Assembly: GCF_001194135.2 (NCBI RefSeq)
Contig: NC_068987.1
Coordinates: 105,205,378 to 105,269,377 of the forward strand
Direction: 5' to 3'
DNA: 64,000 nucleotides
DNA from: Octopus bimaculoides
Lineage: Eukaryota
The notes under the pieces were generated by a model. That model searched no databases, was not told the origin of the DNA, and worked only from the letters and a program-made list of their open reading frames with translations. Within the stretch, counting starts at the first letter, position 1; the number at the start of each line of letters is the position of its first letter. The position numbers and the translations under genes were made by a program. This document shows positions 15,521 to 27,900 of this stretch, one piece after another.

Positions 15521-16351
15521 GTTAGTGCTATTTGATTTTATTCTTGATCTTTAATTCATACATACCACTTTGTTATAAAAATTATAAATTTGTAGAACTA
15601 AGTGGTATGTATGAATTAAACATTATACATTTAATTCTTTAAATGTTCAAGAATTAAGTGATGTTCATTTTTGTGGCTTTATTATGTTGTCAATAATTAT
15701 ATTGGGCTAATTAAAAATTTAGAGTTTTAAACTTATATCATTTAATAGAGTAACGAATTCTCTTTATTCATATACTGTTTAAATTGAGATTAAATAAAAC
15801 GAAAATAATTAGTATTTAATTATCAGTGTATCCATTTTAACTGCAAGTTTTATGTTTCTCATTGAAGAACTGCCTTCCATACAGTCTTCTCAAAAATAAT
15901 GGGATCCTTCTCTACTCTTGGAAAATCTATTCAACCCATAGACGGGACCCTGACAGGTACTACATAGATGCATACACGTGTATATAAAACAAGTACTGGG
16001 GTTGATTTGTTTGACTAAACCCTTCTAAGCAGTCCCCAACATGGCCTCAGTCTGTAATGAAGTAATCCACTCCTCACAAATCAGTCAAAATATCCCTATT
16101 ATGTTTCTTATAACAACTGCTTGCATGGAAAATGTTAATATTATCAATAGTTACTTGTATGTTGAATTACGGGGTTAATGCACTCATTTGTTTAATTGCT
16201 TGCTCCCATTTCCTTAATTGATTTGTTTAGAGCTAACAAAAGGTTATTCAATAACATAAGTATTTAGCAGAATACTTATATATACTTTTGTTAACTAATT
16301 GCCATATTACTGCAAGAAATTACTGTAACTCTTCTCATTCGTTCTCCTTAA

Positions 16352-16571
16352 CCCTTTAGCGTTCAGATTAATTTGCCAAAAGTAATCCTTATTTATTCAC
16401 ATTAAAAAAAAATTATCTGATATTATTTTGTAGCTTCAAGATAGGAAAGATGTAATTGCTTATTTTTAGAATGACATTGCAGGGTATGTGTGAGAGGCTG
16501 GTTCTGGCCAGTTTGAGCATAAAACGTGTAGAATATTTGGGCCGGATACAGCTGGTTTAAACACTAAAGAG
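16352..16571. mobile_element. piggyBac-type MITE (about 220 bp)
   Basis: TTAA|CCCTTTAGCGTT ... AACACTAAAGAG|TTAA. Homologous copies at 42652-42873 and, inverted, 41344-41561. Confidence 0.75.
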
Positions 16572-16651
16572 TTAAGTTGGTATCAAATAGTCAGACCATG
16601 TAACTCGTAGTCATGATCATCATCGAATTAACATCCACCTTTCCATGGGTT

Positions 16652-16950
16652 TCTCTTTTCGCCCTTTTAAAGCCTTGCCAGGCTCATGGGCCCGGTTTCC
16701 CAGTTTCTATGGCGTATGTATTCCCCCCCAGCTGGACGGGACGCCAGTCCATCGCAGCGTTACTCAAGAAACAGGAAGAAAGAATGAGAGAAAGTTGGGG
16801 TGAAAGAGTACAACAGGGGTTGCCACCACCCCCTGGAGCTTTTAGGTGTTTTCGCTCAATAAACACACACAACGTCTGGTCTGGGAATCGAAACCACGAT
16901 CCTCTGACCGTGAGTCCACTGCCCTAACCACTTGGGCCATTGCGCCTCCA
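16652..16950 (-). mobile_element. tRNA-derived SINE family A2
   Basis: Same head and 5' body as A1 but a different 3' half (TGCGATGGACTGGCGTCCCGTCCAGC..). 13-bp TSD CTTTCCATGGGTT (16639-16651, 16951-16963); inserted into an F-type tail. Confidence 0.9.
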
Positions 16951-17194
16951 CTTTCCATGGGTTGGGCAGAGTTTATTGAAGCAGATTTTCTACAGCGACC
17001 CGCCTTTTCTGTTGCCTCACCTCACTTGTTAACCAGTGTGGTTATATTTAACCATGGCCAATGGAAATGAGTCACACTGCTTGTGGGATGGTGACATTCA
17101 CTTAGAACTGTCATGTGATGTTAAAACAATGAGATACAAAGACAATCCCACCTACATATATACACACACGCACACACACACACACATATATATA

Positions 17195-18250
17195 GATATC
17201 TAGAGACAAAGTTTAGGGTGTGGAAGCAAGGTCTAGAATCGAAGGGCCTTAGAATTAACCTAGCAAAAACAAAAGTCTTACTAAGCAGGAAGGCTGATAA
17301 ATCACAAACCCCTTCAGGTAGATGGCCCTGCTCGATCTGTAGAAAAGGCATGAGTAGAAACTCCATACAATGAACCTGATATAAACTATGGACACATAAA
17401 AGGTGTAGCAATATCAAAGGAAGGTTAACTGGGAAGATAGTTTTTGTGTGTGGCAGATGCACAGGGGCAATAAACACTGAAGAAATACAGAAAACAGATT
17501 CCATCACATGCCAGAGGGAAAAACTAGAAGTAGTTGATAGCTTCTGTTACCTAGGTGACCAAGTCTGTAGTGGGGCTCATTGCTCTGAGAGTGTAGCGGC
17601 TAGAATAAGAATTGCCTAGGCAAAGTTCAGGGAGCTCATACCTCTGCTGGCAACTAAGGGCCTCTTGCTCAGGATGAAAGGTAGACTGTATGATGCATGT
17701 ATGCAAACTGTCATGCTACATGGCAGTGAATAATGGGCCATTACTGCTGAGGACATGAGTAGGCTTGAAAGAAATGAAGCTAGTATGATCCGCTGGATGT
17801 GTAATGTCAGTGTGCATACACAACAGAGTGTAAGTGCCCTGAGAGAAAAGTTGGACATAAGAAGCGTCAAAGGTGGTGTGCAAGAGAGACGACTGCGCTG
17901 GTATGGTCCTGTGTTACGTATGGATGAGGACAGCTGTGTGAGGAAGTGCCATTCCCTAACTGGAAGGAACCTATGGAAGAGGTAGACACAAGAAGACATG
18001 GGATGAGATGGTGAAGCATGATCTTCGAACATTGGGCTTCACAGTAGACTGAGAGCTTTGAAGATATGCTGTGATTGAGAAGACCTGGCAACTAAAATGA
18101 ATTCGCAGCCATGGCCGATGTTAGCATTGCATGTTTGACCCATTTAAGAGTACCCTTGATGCGTCGAGCGATATGATATGATTGAGAAGACCTGTTGAGT
18201 CAAGTAAAACCAAAATCGCAGCTGTGGTTAGTGTCCCCTAGCTGGCTCCC
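17195..18250 (+). mobile_element. 5'-truncated RTE-clade LINE (RT C-terminus, Cys-rich insert, 3' UTR)
   Basis: LETKFRVWKQGLESKGLRINLAKTKV; CSICRKG..HKRC; VDSFCYLGDQV; RLERNEASMIRWMCNVS..ERRLRWYG; several stops. Confidence 0.9.
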
Positions 18251-18712
18251 GTTTGAGTAGACAGAAAGTTATAATTTCTATCTCTTTAAAGCAGAAAGTT
18301 TGTATCATAGAACCAGGAACAGTCTTAGACAGGTTCATATCAAAAAGGTTTTAAATGTCACATATATGAAATTATGCAAAAGAACTTAAGACAGCCAAAC
18401 TAAAAAGAAAACAAAAAAGTTCTAATAATATGTTATCTGGAACAGTTAATGTAATCAAGAGCAAAATCAAGCATAATGCGGTGTTTACCCAAATTGGGAC
18501 ATGAAGCTTAACATAGTTTTACTGCTTTCATCAGATAATTCACCTGTTCTTGAATAATACTTTCAAGCATGAAATTGATCTTTTTCTAACATCAACCACC
18601 CAGGCATGGTTGACCGGTTCAGAAGTTTGCTTCCTAACCAGTCTTCGACTATAGACTGAGCTTTGTGAGTGAATCTAGTAGACGGAAACTGATAGAAGTC
18701 TTCCTACACATG

Positions 18713-18751
<39 letters not shown>

Positions 18752-19091
18752 AGATATGTATATATATATATATATATANNNNNNNNNNNNNNNNNNNNNN
18801 NNNNNNNNNNNNNNNNNNNNNNNNNNNNNNNNNNNNNNNNNNNNNNNNNNNNNNNNNNNNNNNNNNNNNNNNNNNNNNNNNNNNNNNNNNNNNNNNNNNN
18901 NNNNNNNNNNNNNNNNNNNNNNNNNNNNNNNNNNNNNNNNNNNNNNNNNNNNNNNNNNNNNNNNNNNNNNNNNNNNNNNNNNNNNNNNNNNNNNNNNNNN
19001 NNNNNNNNNNNNNNNNNNNNNNNNNNNNNNNNNNNNNNNNNNNNNNNNNNNNNNNNNNNNNNNNNNNNNNNNNNNNNNNNNNNNNNNNNNN

Positions 19092-19126
<35 letters not shown>

Positions 19127-19137
19127 ATGTGTGTTCT

Positions 19138-19520
19138 TTTTTCTTTCTTTTCTTTTACTTGTTTCAGTCATTTAACTGTGGCCATGCTGGAGCACCGCTT
19201 TTAATTGAGGAAATCGTCCCCAGGACTTATTCTTTGCAAAGCCTAGTACTTAGTCTTTTGCCGAACTGCTAAGTTACAAGGACATAAACACACCAGCATT
19301 GGTTGTCAAGCAATGTTGGGGGAGAAATACAAACATACACACACAAATATATATACGACGGGCTTCTTCTAGTTTCCGTCTACCATATCCACTCACAAGG
19401 CTTCAGTTGGCTCGAGACTATAGTAGAAGACACTTGCCCAAGGTGCCACACAGTAAGGACTGAACCTGGAACCATGTGGTTGGTAAGCAAGCTACTTACC
19501 ACACAGCCACTCCAGTGCCT
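19138..19520 (-). mobile_element. Full-length SINE (head C + microsatellite + body E)
   Basis: GTGGCTGTGTGGTAAGTAGCTTG..GGTTCAGTCC..CACCTTGGGCAAGTGTCTT head, then a (TA/TG)n linker, then a body ending GACTGAAACAAGTAAAAGAAAAG. Confidence 0.85.
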
Positions 19521-19560
19521 ATATATACATGTGTGTGTGAATATGTATGTATATGTGCAT

Positions 19561-19594
<34 letters not shown>

Positions 19595-19649
19595 GTATAC
19601 TAGTTGTACCTGTGACCTGTTGGGTCACAACCACTCCAAGTTGAAAATG

Positions 19650-20240
19650 TCACTGGGCAGTGGCAAAGGAAATAATACAATTCTCCTGACTTCTGGGTGA
19701 CAACATAAACATAACCTAGTGTTTCTTTTTTGAAAACCTTTAAATGGCTTTATTCTTTGTTACTACTCATCCAAATGAGATACTGGGTATTTCAGCATAA
19801 AGTAATGCTTTTGCAAAGTCATCAATCTGTTCATGTTGTTCTCATATGTCATTCATTGACAGCCATATATATTCTTATATTATTTCTGACTAATATTCTT
19901 TGTTCATCTGGTAGATGAACTTGAAGTCTCACTATTGTAGGTGCTCTTATATGAATTGAAAATCCTGAAATAGATGCCACTGCCTTGGATGGTCCAATAT
20001 ACCTACCCATTAGATATTGACAAATTTTGTTATTGTTCATTTGAACAGTAGCTTGGTCATTTCCTTTCAGCATGTACTTGATGTACTTAATTGACCTTTC
20101 TGGGGTAATGATTTCAACACTGCAATGGCATTTGAATGCTCTTAGAAGGGTTTAATTATAAGGTACAACCCATTTGTTGGTTTTTTTTTCTATTCTTATG
20201 AGATTCAACTCTTCCCATTGTAATTGATCTTCATCAATAA
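19650..20240 (-). mobile_element. Helitron RepHel coding fragment (degenerate)
   Basis: Minus frames: NKWVVPYN..FKCHCSVEI..SIKYI-KYMLKGND; YLMGRYIGPSKA..GFSIHIRAPTIVRLQVHLPDEQ; DDFAKALLYAEIP; GYVYVVTQKSGELYY. These match the VVPYN / YLYKYVYKG / RYVS / VxRLxVHLP region of Helitron proteins. Confidence 0.8.
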
Positions 20241-20627
20241 AGAGATAGTTTCTCTCTCTCTCTCTCTGTGTTTTTCTGCCTTTTGATTAAGACAATAAGG
20301 ATTAATATTTTATTTTAAATAAAATAGTAATTTTCCCCTTTAAGAAAAAAAAAAAAAAATCAAGTACCCATTGATCCCAAAAATATCTCATAACAATATA
20401 GGGAGAATTTCTATCTTTCAGTCCACAACATTCCAAAAGTTGTATAAATGGTTAGGGGAAGAAATAAGAATGGACGGTGGTAGCTGCAACCACTCTTTCA
20501 GACATTTTCAATTTGATATTTTTTTTTCTTAAAGAGGGAAATTACTATATTATTTGTAATGTTTATCATCTTAATCAAAGGGCAGGAAAACAGACAATCT
20601 TTTTAGTTTTAGTATATATATATGTAC

Positions 20628-20661
<34 letters not shown>

Positions 20662-21602
20662 GTAGATATGTAGGGCAGGGAATCGTCAATTAGTAATAAA
20701 ATTAATAATCAACAATTTTGCACTGTTTTTTGTTCTGTGTGTATCAAAAATATCGCTATCAATCTGGAGTAATAATTTGTAGTTTTGAAATCAGTAGTTC
20801 TTTGACTGCTATTTCTGAATTCTCAGTATGTTGGAGAAGCAGGTTACTGTCAATCCCTATATATTTATGATTATATATATATGTATATATATGACTGCCT
20901 GCCTGAGTGGATCCTGTGCTGGTGGCATGTAAAAAGCACCATCCGAACATGGTTGATGCCTGCCCCCTCATCCTGATTGGCTCCTGTGCCGGTGACATGT
21001 AAAAAGCATCCACTACACTCTCGGAGTGGTTGGCATTAGAAAGGGCATCCAGCTGTAGAAACANNNNNNNNNNCGGAGTGGTTGGCATTAGAAAGGGCAT
21101 CCAGCTGTAGAAACATTGCCAGATCAGATTGGAGCCTGGTGCGGCCTCCTAGCTTGCCAGAGACCAGCCAAATTGTCCAACCCATGCCAGCTTGGAAAAC
21201 GGACGTTAAACGACAACAATGATGATGATATATGCATTTGTATGCATTGCATCCATACACACACACACACATACATGTACATGTACATATATATATATAC
21301 ACAGGTGTATATATTTCATCATTTAATGTTTATTTTCCATGCTGGCATGGGTTGGATGGCAAATTCAGAACGCACATTGTATGAAATATATGGTCCATAA
21401 TATACATCTGATCACAAGAGGAGTAGGTTCTTAGAGAAGTGAATCATAAATAAATAAATAACAACCGATGGATAGGTATCAATTCATTACAGCTGTCTAT
21501 AATGATATATAATGTACTCATTAATCAATTAAAAAAATTCATTGGAAACAGGTGTAATGAATTGATACCTGTCCTTTGTTATTTATTTATTTACATATAT
21601 GT

Positions 21603-21639
<37 letters not shown>

Positions 21640-21642
<3 letters not shown>

Positions 21643-22725
21643 TCACCAACATCATCATTTAATGGCATGGGTTGGACAGTTTGACCAGTGCTGGTAAGTT
21701 GGAAGGTTGCACCAAACTCCAGTCTGATTTGGCATGGTTTCTATGACTGGATGCCCTTCCTAACGCCAACCACTCTGAGAGTGTAATGGGTGCTTTTACT
21801 TGCCACTGGCACAGGTGCCATTTGCATGACACTTGTATCTGCCATGACTGCGATTTTGCTTGGCTTGATGGGTCTTCTCAAGAATGACATAATACCAAAT
21901 GTCTCATGTCATTGCTTCAATGAGGCCCAACGCTCAAAAGGAACTCAGCCACTTTGCCTCCATGAAGCCCAATGCTCAAATGGTGCTCTTTTCGTGCCAC
22001 CTGCATGGGTGCCAGTTACATCAGCCATGACTATGATTTCACTTGGCTTGGCAGGTCTTCTCGTGTGCAGCATATCACCAAAGGTCTCGGTCACTAGTCA
22101 TTGCCTCTGAGGCTCAAAGTTCGAAAATCATGCTTTTCCGCTTCATGTCTTCCTGGGTCTACCTCCACCACAGTTAGAGATCAGCACTTCTTTACACAGC
22201 TGTCCTCGTCCATACTCATCACATGACAATACCAGTGCTGTTGTCTCTCTTGCACACCACATCTAATGTCTCTTATGCTTAACTTGTCTCTCAAGATGCT
22301 TACATTCTGTTGAACATGCACACTGACATTGCACATCCAGCGAAGCATACTGGCTTCATTTCTTTTCATTTCTATGCATGTCCTCGGCTGTCACAACCCA
22401 TGTTTCACTGCTATGTAGCATAGCTGTTTGTACACAGGCATCATACAATCTGCCTTTCACTCTGAGAGAGAGGCCTTTTGTTGCCAGCAAAGGCAGGAAC
22501 TCTCTGAATTTTGCCCAGCCTAATCTTATTTTCTCGGAGCTCTTGGAGCATCCATCTCCATTACTAACTTGGTCACCTAGCAAACAGAAGCTATCTACCA
22601 CCTCTAGCTTGCCCCCACCCCCCCGGACAGTTGAGGGAGTCTATTTTCTACATATTTTCAGCGCTTATTATACCTGTGCATCTACATACAAAAGCTAGTT
22701 TCCCTGTTAACCTTCCTCTGATATA
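21640..22725 (-). mobile_element. RTE-clade LINE 3' end with complete 3' UTR and (GAT)n tail
   Basis: VDSFCLLGDQVSNGDGCS..RLGWAKFREFLPLLATKGLSLRVKGRLYDACV and RNEASMLRWMCNVSV, same family as 17195-18250. It continues through internal repeats into the family D tail. Confidence 0.9.
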
Positions 22726-23330
22726 TATATATATTTACACAAGGCTTTCGTCGCCCAGGGGCTATAGTGTGGACGACATTTACAGGAAAGAATATATAAC
22801 CAGACAGGAAGGGGGTGCATTGGATAAAGTAGTTCTAAATATACAAGTGATGGAATGGTCACACTGGAACGCCTTTGATCATAGGTCAGCTTCCTCGACG
22901 AGGGCTAACCAAGAGTCTAAAACAGCCAGCTGTTGTTGTACTGAGACCACTGCTCATTTTACAGATCATATTACTTTTCGCACATGCGCATGTACCGTGT
23001 GTGTGAGTATGTGCTCTCGCGCGCACGCGTATTTTGATTTAAAAATAGTCACAGCATGTTTTTTCTCTTTACTTATGCTAATTAAAAAAAAATTGGAAAT
23101 GTCATTATGAGGTATAAGTCGGACAGCTACGTGTATTTATATGTAATAAACATCAATATATATATACATATATATTTGTTCAAGTTCAAAGCGCTGATAT
23201 GGATATAAAAGAGTTAGAAATAGTTATTGAAATCATCTTTCGTTGTCTGAAGTCTGTATCGTTGCTTTGTTTAAATGTATTCGCTTTTCAAATATAGATT
23301 TTCCAATGCTAGGTTTGATACAGTACTTAC

Positions 23331-23359
23331 TTTACGATAACGCATATACTTGGCCACCC
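23331..23359 (-). CDS. Candidate 29-nt exon of an unidentified minus-strand gene
   Basis: Very strong acceptor ttttctgtttctttcttctttttcttAG, exon GGGTGGCCAAGTATATGCGTTATCGTAAA, donor GTAAGT. Reads xVAKYMRYRK and contains a possible ATG. Confidence 0.4.
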
Positions 23360-24779
23360 CTAAGAAAAAGAAGAAAGAAACAGAAAAGGGGTTTCGTAAA
23401 ACTTGAATAAGTACTGCTTCCGATGAATGATGGGAATCGTAGATTATTTTAAAAGCTTTATTGACAATTTCATCTAGTAATAGCGGAGTTACCTTATAGT
23501 TTTAAACAAGCTGTTTTGAGGGAATTGTTTAATAGCCAATATAGAATTTGGGGCCGACATAAAAAATGTGGACCGCACCCANNNNNNNNNNNNNNNNNNN
23601 NNNNNNNNNNNNNNNNNNNNNNNNNNNNNNNNNNNNNNNNNNNNNNNNNNNNNNNNNNNNNNNNNNNNNNNNNNNNNNNNNNNNNNNNNNNNNNNNNNNN
23701 NNNNNNNNNNNNNNNNNNNNNNNNNNNNNNNNNNNNNNNNNNNNNNNNNNNNNNNNNNNNNNNNNNNNNNNNNNNNNNNNNNNNNNNNNNNNNNNNNNNN
23801 NNNNNNNNNNNNNNNNNNNNNNNNNNNNNNNNNNNNNNNNNNNNNNNNNNNNNNNNNNNNNNNNNNNNNNNNNNNNNNNNNNNNNNNNNNNNNNNNNNNN
23901 NNNNNNNNNNNNNNNNNNNNNNNNNNNNNNNNNNNNNNNNNNNNNNNNNNNNNNNNNNNNNNNNNNNNNNNNNNNNNNNNNNNNNNNNNNNNNNNNNNNN
24001 NNNNNNNNNNNNNNNNNNNNNNNNTTCCGTATATTTATTTTTCGTGGGTAAATTTAAATAGTTTAAAATATTAAAGTATCATCCTTTCTAGATCGATAAA
24101 ATATGTACTAGTTGAGCATTTGTGTTGATGTAAATTGATTACTTCCTCCTCCAGAAATTGCTGGCTTTGTGCTAAATTTTCTAACTAATATCAAAATATG
24201 AAATTAACATTACTGTGTTTGTGTATATTTAGTAATAAAGTTAGATGCTTTACAGTGGATTTGAAACGTTGATTTAAAAAACAGCTTGATTGTAATGAAT
24301 CATTAAAAAAAAAATGTGTGTGGAAAAATACGAAGGGGTGGTTTCAGTGGTAAATGTTTCGGTGAAAAAGAAAATTTACATGCTTAACCACAAGCTCGTA
24401 AAAATCAAGAGATAGTTTCGATTATTTATCGTTTTTGTTTCATGAAAAAAAAAAAAGAAAATGCTTGCATAATAATCTTAATCAGTATTCTTTTGTTGCT
24501 ATAATCTCGATCCTAGTATCTCTGCAGACATAATAATATTCAACTTATCTGTAGCAAGCTTGATATTCTTTTTATGTTAGAAATGTTTGTTATTTTCCAC
24601 TTTTCTTTTGACCTTTGACCTTCATAAAATAGTACTTACTGATACAACTACTACAATTATATAGCAACGATTCGAGTCATGAATCGAAACTTCATTTTTA
24701 TTGATAAGTTTTTTACTCTAACGAAACGAAAAGATAATGTTTAACTATTCACTGCAACAAAGCAGCTATTATTATGTAG

Positions 24780-24941
24780 GTGCTGACTTCAATTAGGGCG
24801 AGGTTTCCAGTTCGTGTAGTCTCACTCCCGCACTGACTAAAGTAATTACCGAGGTTTTATTAGAAGCATGGCATTTACCGGCTTCGTTTCCTTACGAGTG
24901 AATTAATCTTAAATATTTGTTTGCTTCATCAAGACATTAAG
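24780..24941 (+). other. Candidate non-coding first exon of egh (5' end approximate)
   Basis: Locally GC/CpG-richer segment ending in AAG|GTATGA; carries a 12-codon uORF (24868-24906). Linkage to egh is inferred only. Confidence 0.3.
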
Positions 24942-27900
24942 GTATGATCTAAATGGCTACTTCCTTCATTTACTTATTATTTATACTGTTATATTTACTG
25001 TCGATTTTTTACCGAGTTGCCGTACCTCTGAATTATTCTTATTCGCGTATTTTATGCAATTGTTTCATCAAGAAAAAACGTGTCTTTCTGCCAAACAAGA
25101 ACATTTAGCTGTTCTTTTACTTATTAATCATTTGTTGTTTATATAGGAAAATACTTTTCTGTACAAATCAAAAACGAAGCAACAGCTCAACTCGCTCTAT
25201 CTTTGTAAATACACTCGATTTCGCTTGTCATATATTTTCAATTTATGCGTCTTTTTTTTCTTTTAAATATTTATTTCTAAGGTGAAATCTCAAGTTTATA
25301 TTTTAACACATTTTTTAAGATTTTCCTAACCACAAAATAACCTATCTAATCGATATTAGTCGTCATTCACTTGTCTAAAATAAGCCGCGATAATCCGTTT
25401 ATATTATTTCGTATGATCGTGTTGTGTGAAAACGTTTATCTTTCTATCAGCATACTGTGTTTCCTTCCATCTATCTTTACTGTTGTATGTAATGATTTAT
25501 TTCATGTGTACTGCAAATACTTGATAATTACACTCTCATGACTAAATAATATATTTAATGAATATCTATACAGGAGCTCGAAAATATTAGACCAACTTTT
25601 AAAACCACGTGCTTCGGGTTTTTCTCCTTTTACTTAACATGCGTTTCCAGATCTGTTTCTGTAGCTATAATGTCGCTACGAAGCTTATTACAGTATATTT
25701 AAAATCATAGTTAAAGATCGATACTTCTTCACCTATACTGTTTAATATAAACTATATTCATATTAATGAAATTGTTGTATACAATGCTCAGGTGCACTAC
25801 AACTAAAAAAAAGGGGGGACATTCGGTGCACTGTTGCCGATTTCATGAAGCATGACTTACTAGATAAAAAACCACAGTATCCGCCCTTCTTCAATATGAA
25901 TTGTAGCTGTATACTAAGAGATCATCTTACATACCACCATTTAACAATAAGTTTCAAAATGTTTACATGTTTTACTCGTTTGTAAACTATAGAAAATCGA
26001 TCTACCGATTAGTTTTTCGCAAGTTCCTATAAATATGATGGCCATAGTTCTTTATGAATTATAGTCCTGCCACTCCTTACATAGACATGATCAGCTGGAT
26101 TTGATACTGTCAACTTCACACTGAAAGTAGACATAAATAAAATATTTTATATAAATCTTTTATATTATTTATAATCTTTATTTTATAGTGTTTTCTCCGA
26201 TTTATTTTTTAGAAGTTAATTGTTAAAGTTGCGTTATTTCCTTGTTAAATTTCGGTAACATATCACATCCTGATAGCTACTTCGAAACGAATGTTTTCAA
26301 ACTCGTTGATAGTTATCTTATTTTTAATAATTATTTCTTATCCTTGTTAAAATGGAAAAAATTGTTTTATAGATGGTTGATAGCTCTATGTAGTAATTGT
26401 TAGTTCTTAACTAGTTCTGTGTATTGTTTGTTGCGGTTATACTGACATTCAATCAAATTATACCTTAAGAAATGTATTTGAAAACTGGCATTTTGTCAAA
26501 ACATTTCAAACTATTTTGCTTAGATTTTTTTTTTTCGGAAATACATTCAAATGACTTAAAAGTTATTCAAACAAATGTTTAGTTAATTTCATCAGAGTAG
26601 ATATTTTTGTCATGTGATTTAAAAAAAAAAAATTGTTACCGATTTAATGACACTATCATTACTAATTTTTATAACTACATTTCTTAATTTAGGCGATCCT
26701 CTTATTTTGACATATCTAATACCACTTACCAAGGAATTCCTTTATATATGTCGCTTTCTTTAGTAATGTCTATTCTTTAAAAATAATACTTAGTTTTTTT
26801 TTATGTTAGAGCTTAGTGTTTTCTATTATATAAACAAGTACTTTATTTTTTTGGTTGTCAAAAAGGCGTATTGGTTATATCTGAACTTTTCTACATTGTC
26901 AGTAGTCATGCATCTAATCACTCAGCCGATATGAAAGAAAATTTACTTGCAGTTCATGTCTGGCAGTGTCTGAGTTCTAGTGAAATCAGTCCACATTCAA
27001 TGAGCAAAGTTTGATATTTGAAGTGGTAATCGTGCTTGCATCGGTTGGACGGTGTTTATTGGGGTAGATTTTCTACGGCCGGATGCCCGTTTTGTCGCTA
27101 ACTTTCGCTGTTTCCGAACAAGGTAATGCTTCCCCATGACAAGCCTTTTTTTACGGTATATTTGAAATGAATGGCACCGTTTGTATGACAATGATTTAGA
27201 ATTAAACGTGATGTCAAAGCAAGGATACACATACACGAGAAGCTTCTTTCTGTTTCCATCAACCGAAACCACTCAGCGTTTTGGATGACCCTGGACTGTA
27301 GTATAAGACACTTGTCCAAGGTGCCTTACAGTGGACTTGAACCTGGAACCGTGTGATAGTGAAGCATACTTCGTAACACACAACTGTGCCTGATGATAGC
27401 AGCAATGTTTGAACTCCAGCTGTTAAAAACCTACAAACAGCAGGGAACTTCAGCCCCTAGAGATCCTTTTTCACTATCATAAAGAAGAATTGAGTGTAAC
27501 AGTGGTTGTAACACAAATCTTTATGTAGTTCAGTTTGTTTGGTTATAGGCTGTTGAGCATTACATAATTTTACAACCCCTCAATGTTCTTGAACTAACTT
27601 GTTGGTAGAAAAGAAGTACCCTAGTTTGTACTGTTGAATGTCATTTATTGTGGAAGTATGTTTTGATTGCACTTTCACGTTTGATGTAAGACCTTGAATT
27701 TTGGCTAACATTTGTGACTATACCCCTTGTGATCTGAAGATTGACATAGAATAGTCTCAAAAATGACATCAGAGTATCTTAAAGGGTTCCATTTCCAGCT
27801 AGTTATGTGCAAGATGGTATCCAATTGCTGCTTAAACAAGATTAGTAAACCGGCACAATTTACGTAACTGTCATTCATATTCGTTATGCTCTATTTGTCC

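Larger units (their letters stand above)
22950..26400. promoter_or_regulatory. CpG-retaining, SINE-free island; candidate (bidirectional) promoter
   Basis: By eye it has more CG dinucleotides than its flanks and no SINE copies over about 3.4 kb (one gap). Divergent donor sites: minus TCA|GTAAGT at 24639 and plus AAG|GTATGA at 24942. CpG was not computed. Confidence 0.5.

Noticed and set aside
18665-19204. ORFs spanning N gaps (also 10398-10731, 11851-12160, 23516-24074)
   Set aside because: Their length comes from X codons in assembly gaps.
22975-23035. ACATGCGCATGT palindrome and CGCGCGCACGCG as NRF1-like promoter motifs
   Set aside because: They are embedded in degenerate (CA/TG)n-type sequence, where such words arise readily; not supportable alone.
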